From the NCBI GenBank assembly GCA_051875035.1, contig JBJEGL010000235.1, forward strand, positions 1 to 28,543: DNA of 28,543 nucleotides, read 5' to 3'. The notes below the pieces were generated by a model, which was not told the origin of the DNA, ran no database searches, and saw nothing but the letters and a program-made list of their open reading frames with translations. Position numbers and translations under genes: made by a program. Source of the stretch: Candidatus Gastranaerophilaceae bacterium (GTDB taxonomy: Bacteria > Cyanobacteriota > Vampirovibrionia > Gastranaerophilales > Gastranaerophilaceae). Of this stretch, positions 25,695 through 28,543 are shown piece by piece. Each line of letters opens with the position of its first letter. Position 1 is the first letter of the stretch.

Positions 25695-26786
25695 TTATAC
25701 GTCAAAATTTGCTCCGTGATAAGCTCCACGCATATATTGTTGAAGTTCAATCTTATTATCACTGAAATACAATGCATCTTCTTTTGAAATAACACCGCTT
25801 CTGAACAAATTGAACAAAGAAAGATTTAATGAAATCATATCATTAAAATTACCTTTTTTAATTAAATCATAAATTTGTTCAAGTGAATCTCTGGCAATAA
25901 AATCTTTAACAGTAGGAGTTACAACCATTATTTCACAAGCAGGAATACGAGACGGTTTATCTTGTCTGGGTATTAATCTTTGAGCAATCGTTCCTCTTAA
26001 ACATTCTGATAATTGCTTTCTTATGTATTCTCTGTCTTTTGGTTCGTAAAATCCTAAAATACGATTTACCGTTTGTATAGAATCGTTTGTGTGCAATGTT
26101 GCAAGAATAAGGTGACCTGTTTCTGCTGCTTTAAAAGCTGCGGTCATCGTTTCTTTATCTCTTATTTCGCCGATAAAGATAACATCAGGATCCTGTCTTA
26201 ATGCATATTTGACACCATCAGGATAAGAAGCCGTATCTACTTCAAGCTGACGCTGTGTAATAATCGACCTGTTTGCCGTAAATACAAATTCTACAGGGTC
26301 TTCAATAGTTATAATGTGTTTATCATAAGTATTATTAATATGATTAAGTAATGCCGCAAGTGTAGAGGATTTTCCGCTTCCTGTTGCTCCCGTTACCAAA
26401 ACAATTCCGTTTGAGTATGTTGTAAACTGTTCTATTGATTTCGGCAAATTTAATTCTTCTATTGTCGGTATTGAATATGAAATTACACGAATGACCATAA
26501 ACATTCTGCCGAGTTCGTGGGATAAATTTACACGGAAACGTGCAACATTCGGAAGATCGTATGCAAAATCCAAATCAAAAGACTCAAAAGCCTTGTTTCT
26601 AAGCGAATGTGGAAGTAATACCTCAAGCATTTCAAAGAAATCAGGTTCTGTTGTTACAGGAAGTTTTGTTCTTACTATCTTCCCGTCTTTTCTCAGTGCC
26701 GGAGCGTCATTAATCTTGATATGAATATCTGATATTCCCTTTGCAACTGCACTTTTTAATAAATTTATAATACTAAAATTTGCCAT
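25695..26786 (-). CDS. pilT: PilT/PilU family type IV pilus retraction ATPase
   Basis: ISDIHI, ARFRVN, Walker A GATGSGKS, ITIEDPVE, ALRQDPDVIFIGEIRD, AETGHL-LATLHT. Confidence 0.88.
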   Translation of the reverse strand: MANFSIINLLKSAVAKGISDIHIKINDAPALRKDGKIVRTKLPVTTEPDFFEMLEVLLPHSLRNKAFESFDLDFAYDLPNVARFRVNLSHELGRMFMVIRVISYSIPTIEELNLPKSIEQFTTYSNGIVLVTGATGSGKSSTLAALLNHINNTYDKHIITIEDPVEFVFTANRSIITQRQLEVDTASYPDGVKYALRQDPDVIFIGEIRDKETMTAAFKAAETGHLILATLHTNDSIQTVNRILGFYEPKDREYIRKQLSECLRGTIAQRLIPRQDKPSRIPACEIMVVTPTVKDFIARDSLEQIYDLIKKGNFNDMISLNLSLFNLFRSGVISKEDALYFSDNKIELQQYMRGAYHGANFDV

Positions 26787-26899
26787 ACACTTACAAAATC
26801 TTTCAATTTACACAATACATAACTTTTTATATAATAACAGATTTGTAAAATTTGCACATTATATTGCGAAACATTAACGTTTAAAAAATTGAAAATTAC

Positions 26900-27246
26900 A
26901 AATTCTTCTCTTAAACTCAGTATGACATAGATACTTCGGCTAAAGCCTCAGTATGACAGTCTGTGTCATTACTAATCTGTATTTTGTGAATGGAGAATCT
27001 CTTTTGGATAAATTGAAAATTATAGATATTTTCATATTATCCTGTATTATAACTCTTTTACTTAAGATACTTCGGTCACAAATTGATGATTGTCCTTAAT
27101 ATGACAATTTATTTTCACTCAGTTGACATAAATTCTTCGGTCACTTCTTCCTCTTGCAAAAAACATTCACCGGACGTTTTTTGCGGCGGCAGAGTCCTCA
27201 GAATGACGGATTACTTGTCATTCTGAGTGCGTAGCACGAAGAATCT
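26900..27246. repeat. Large cluster of about six REP-like elements in mixed orientation, plus a fragment
   Basis: Units at 26900-26927, 26929-26958, 26964-27000, 27065-27106, 27130-27207 and 27216-27246 (TGTCATTCTGAGTGCGTAGCACGAAGAATCT); fragment CTCAGTTGACA at 27118-27128. Confidence 0.85.
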
Positions 27247-27371
27247 TTTTGAAATAAATGAAAATAGATAATTAAACATTATAAATACTTCATCTGTAAA
27301 TTGCTGTTTATCTTAAATATTATGCAACTTTTGTGCAATTTTGCATAAACTGTTTCAATTTTATACAGCCG

Positions 27372-28543
27372 TTATAAATTACCTTCAAACCCCGGGGAAC
27401 GTACCGGCAATGATGAATAACTCGGATTTGAAAAAACGGATTTTTTTATGTATTTATCTGAATAATTCCCTTTTTCAAGGAGTTTCTTTAATAAGTTTTC
27501 TCTTGTGACAAGCGGGTGTGCAATATCATTTAAATTGGGGTATTTGTCGCAAAGCTGCGTCCAAACCGAAGCTTCCATTGTCCAGGCATAAGTTTCTTCA
27601 TTTAAAGAGTCAAATTCATCCTGGTGTAATGCTTCATGAGCGAGTATTGCCGCAATTGCAGCTGCAGGAGCATCTGCGTGTTTGTGGTTTATATAAATAT
27701 TTAATTTACCCGCTTGCCTCCAGCCAAGAGCATCAAAAGTTGAATATTCTTTTTTTATTTCACTCAAATCTTTAAACTTAATTGCCATTGGTTTCTTTGT
27801 TAAGTTATCCCCTAAAATTGCTTCATAAGAAAATTTTCCGACAGTATCTTTTAAAAGCTCAAGTGCTTCTATAATTCTGTCTTCACTGCTTATTTTTTTG
27901 TATTTTTTTTGAAATTCTTTATCGTCAAAAGACAAAACATCAGCCTGTGAATTTTGATTTTTATCAAAATTTTTTACTGCTTGTGACTTCGTTTGATTTT
28001 GTTTCTTAAAACTTGTTCGTGAAGTATCTCCAAATGCTTTTGCAACTTCTTTCGGCATAGCACCTTGATTTGTTTGCGGAGATTTTGCTTCATTTAAAAA
28101 TGCTGTATATTCAATCGGATTTCCCTGAGCTTTTATCTTATTCTGCAAGACAACAAGCGGATGTTGATAATTTTCAAGGTTAGGATTTCTGTCAAGCATT
28201 TGCGACCAAACAGCTATTTGCAAATTCTTTGCAGCTTCTCTGTCACTGCTCGTTTTTGTTGTATTTACAAGAGCCTCTCTTGCAATAACCGGTGCAAGAG
28301 CTTCCGACGGTGCATTAATATATCTTGAATTTATTCTTATTTCATACCTTTTACCGACAAAAACCCCATAAGCATCAGTATTCTTAATTTTGTTGTCATT
28401 TGATTCACTTACAAAAAATATCTTTATCGGTAAGGTCGTTTTATTTTGACCAAATACAGAGGAATAAGAAAAATCTCCCGCACTGCCCTGTAAAAGTTCA
28501 CATGCTGTTATAATTCTCTCGTTTTTGGTAATATCAGAATATT
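27372..28543 (-). CDS. Hypothetical protein with tandem zincin-like domains (5'-truncated by window edge); C-terminal copy has HEXXH
   Basis: The frame of ORF 27372..28223 stays open by hand translation to 28541. The added 106 codons align with the C-terminal domain; HEALH at 27624-27638 followed by NEET. Confidence 0.75.
   Translation of the reverse strand, partial: YSDITKNERIITACELLQGSAGDFSYSSVFGQNKTTLPIKIFFVSESNDNKIKNTDAYGVFVGKRYEIRINSRYINAPSEALAPVIAREALVNTTKTSSDREAAKNLQIAVWSQMLDRNPNLENYQHPLVVLQNKIKAQGNPIEYTAFLNEAKSPQTNQGAMPKEVAKAFGDTSRTSFKKQNQTKSQAVKNFDKNQNSQADVLSFDDKEFQKKYKKISSEDRIIEALELLKDTVGKFSYEAILGDNLTKKPMAIKFKDLSEIKKEYSTFDALGWRQAGKLNIYINHKHADAPAAAIAAILAHEALHQDEFDSLNEETYAWTMEASVWTQLCDKYPNLNDIAHPLVTRENLLKKLLEKGNYSDKYIKKSVFSNPSYSSLPVRSPGFEGNL

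Noticed and set aside
26900-27246. Possible IS/MITE with terminal inverted repeats
   Set aside because: No transposase ORF, and no clear outer terminal repeats or target-site duplication; better explained as a REP cluster.
27320-27348. TTATGCAA...TTGCATAA inverted repeat downstream of the zincin gene
   Set aside because: Short and AT-rich, without a clear U tract; could be chance.

Overview
AT-rich bacterial chromosomal window with about 30 coding regions; no rRNA, tRNA, CRISPR array or transposase was recognised. ArnT, PilT, ETF and the recO-deoC adjacency suggest a diderm anaerobe such as a gut Melainabacteria/Gastranaerophilales genome (inference only). Left to right: etfA (partial)-etfB-nadC-nadB; an ArsP_2-type metal transporter converging on a small acidic protein with 15 Cys; pepT with an apparent signal peptide; a TPR protein; a dispersed glycan-tailoring region with four radical SAM enzymes carrying BtrN-like twitch/SPASM tails (two paralog pairs), two paralogous GT2 glycosyltransferases, a DegT aminotransferase and a C_GCAxxG_C_C protein, interrupted by zf-TFIIB/lemA/htpX; a 51-aa ribbon-helix-helix ORF missed by the ORF track; an ArnT + YdjC deacetylase + GT2 trio resembling Lgm/Flm-NaxD lipid A hexosamine modification systems; gdhA; pilT-recO-deoC; and a 5'-truncated protein with tandem zincin domains, one with HEXXH intact and one degenerate. 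Four intergenic regions hold clusters of a REP-like repeat family (GTCATWCTGAG-loop-CGAAGWATCT). The best candidate for an undescribed system is the radical SAM/aminotransferase/glycosyltransferase set. All calls come from motif recognition by eye; no database searches were run.
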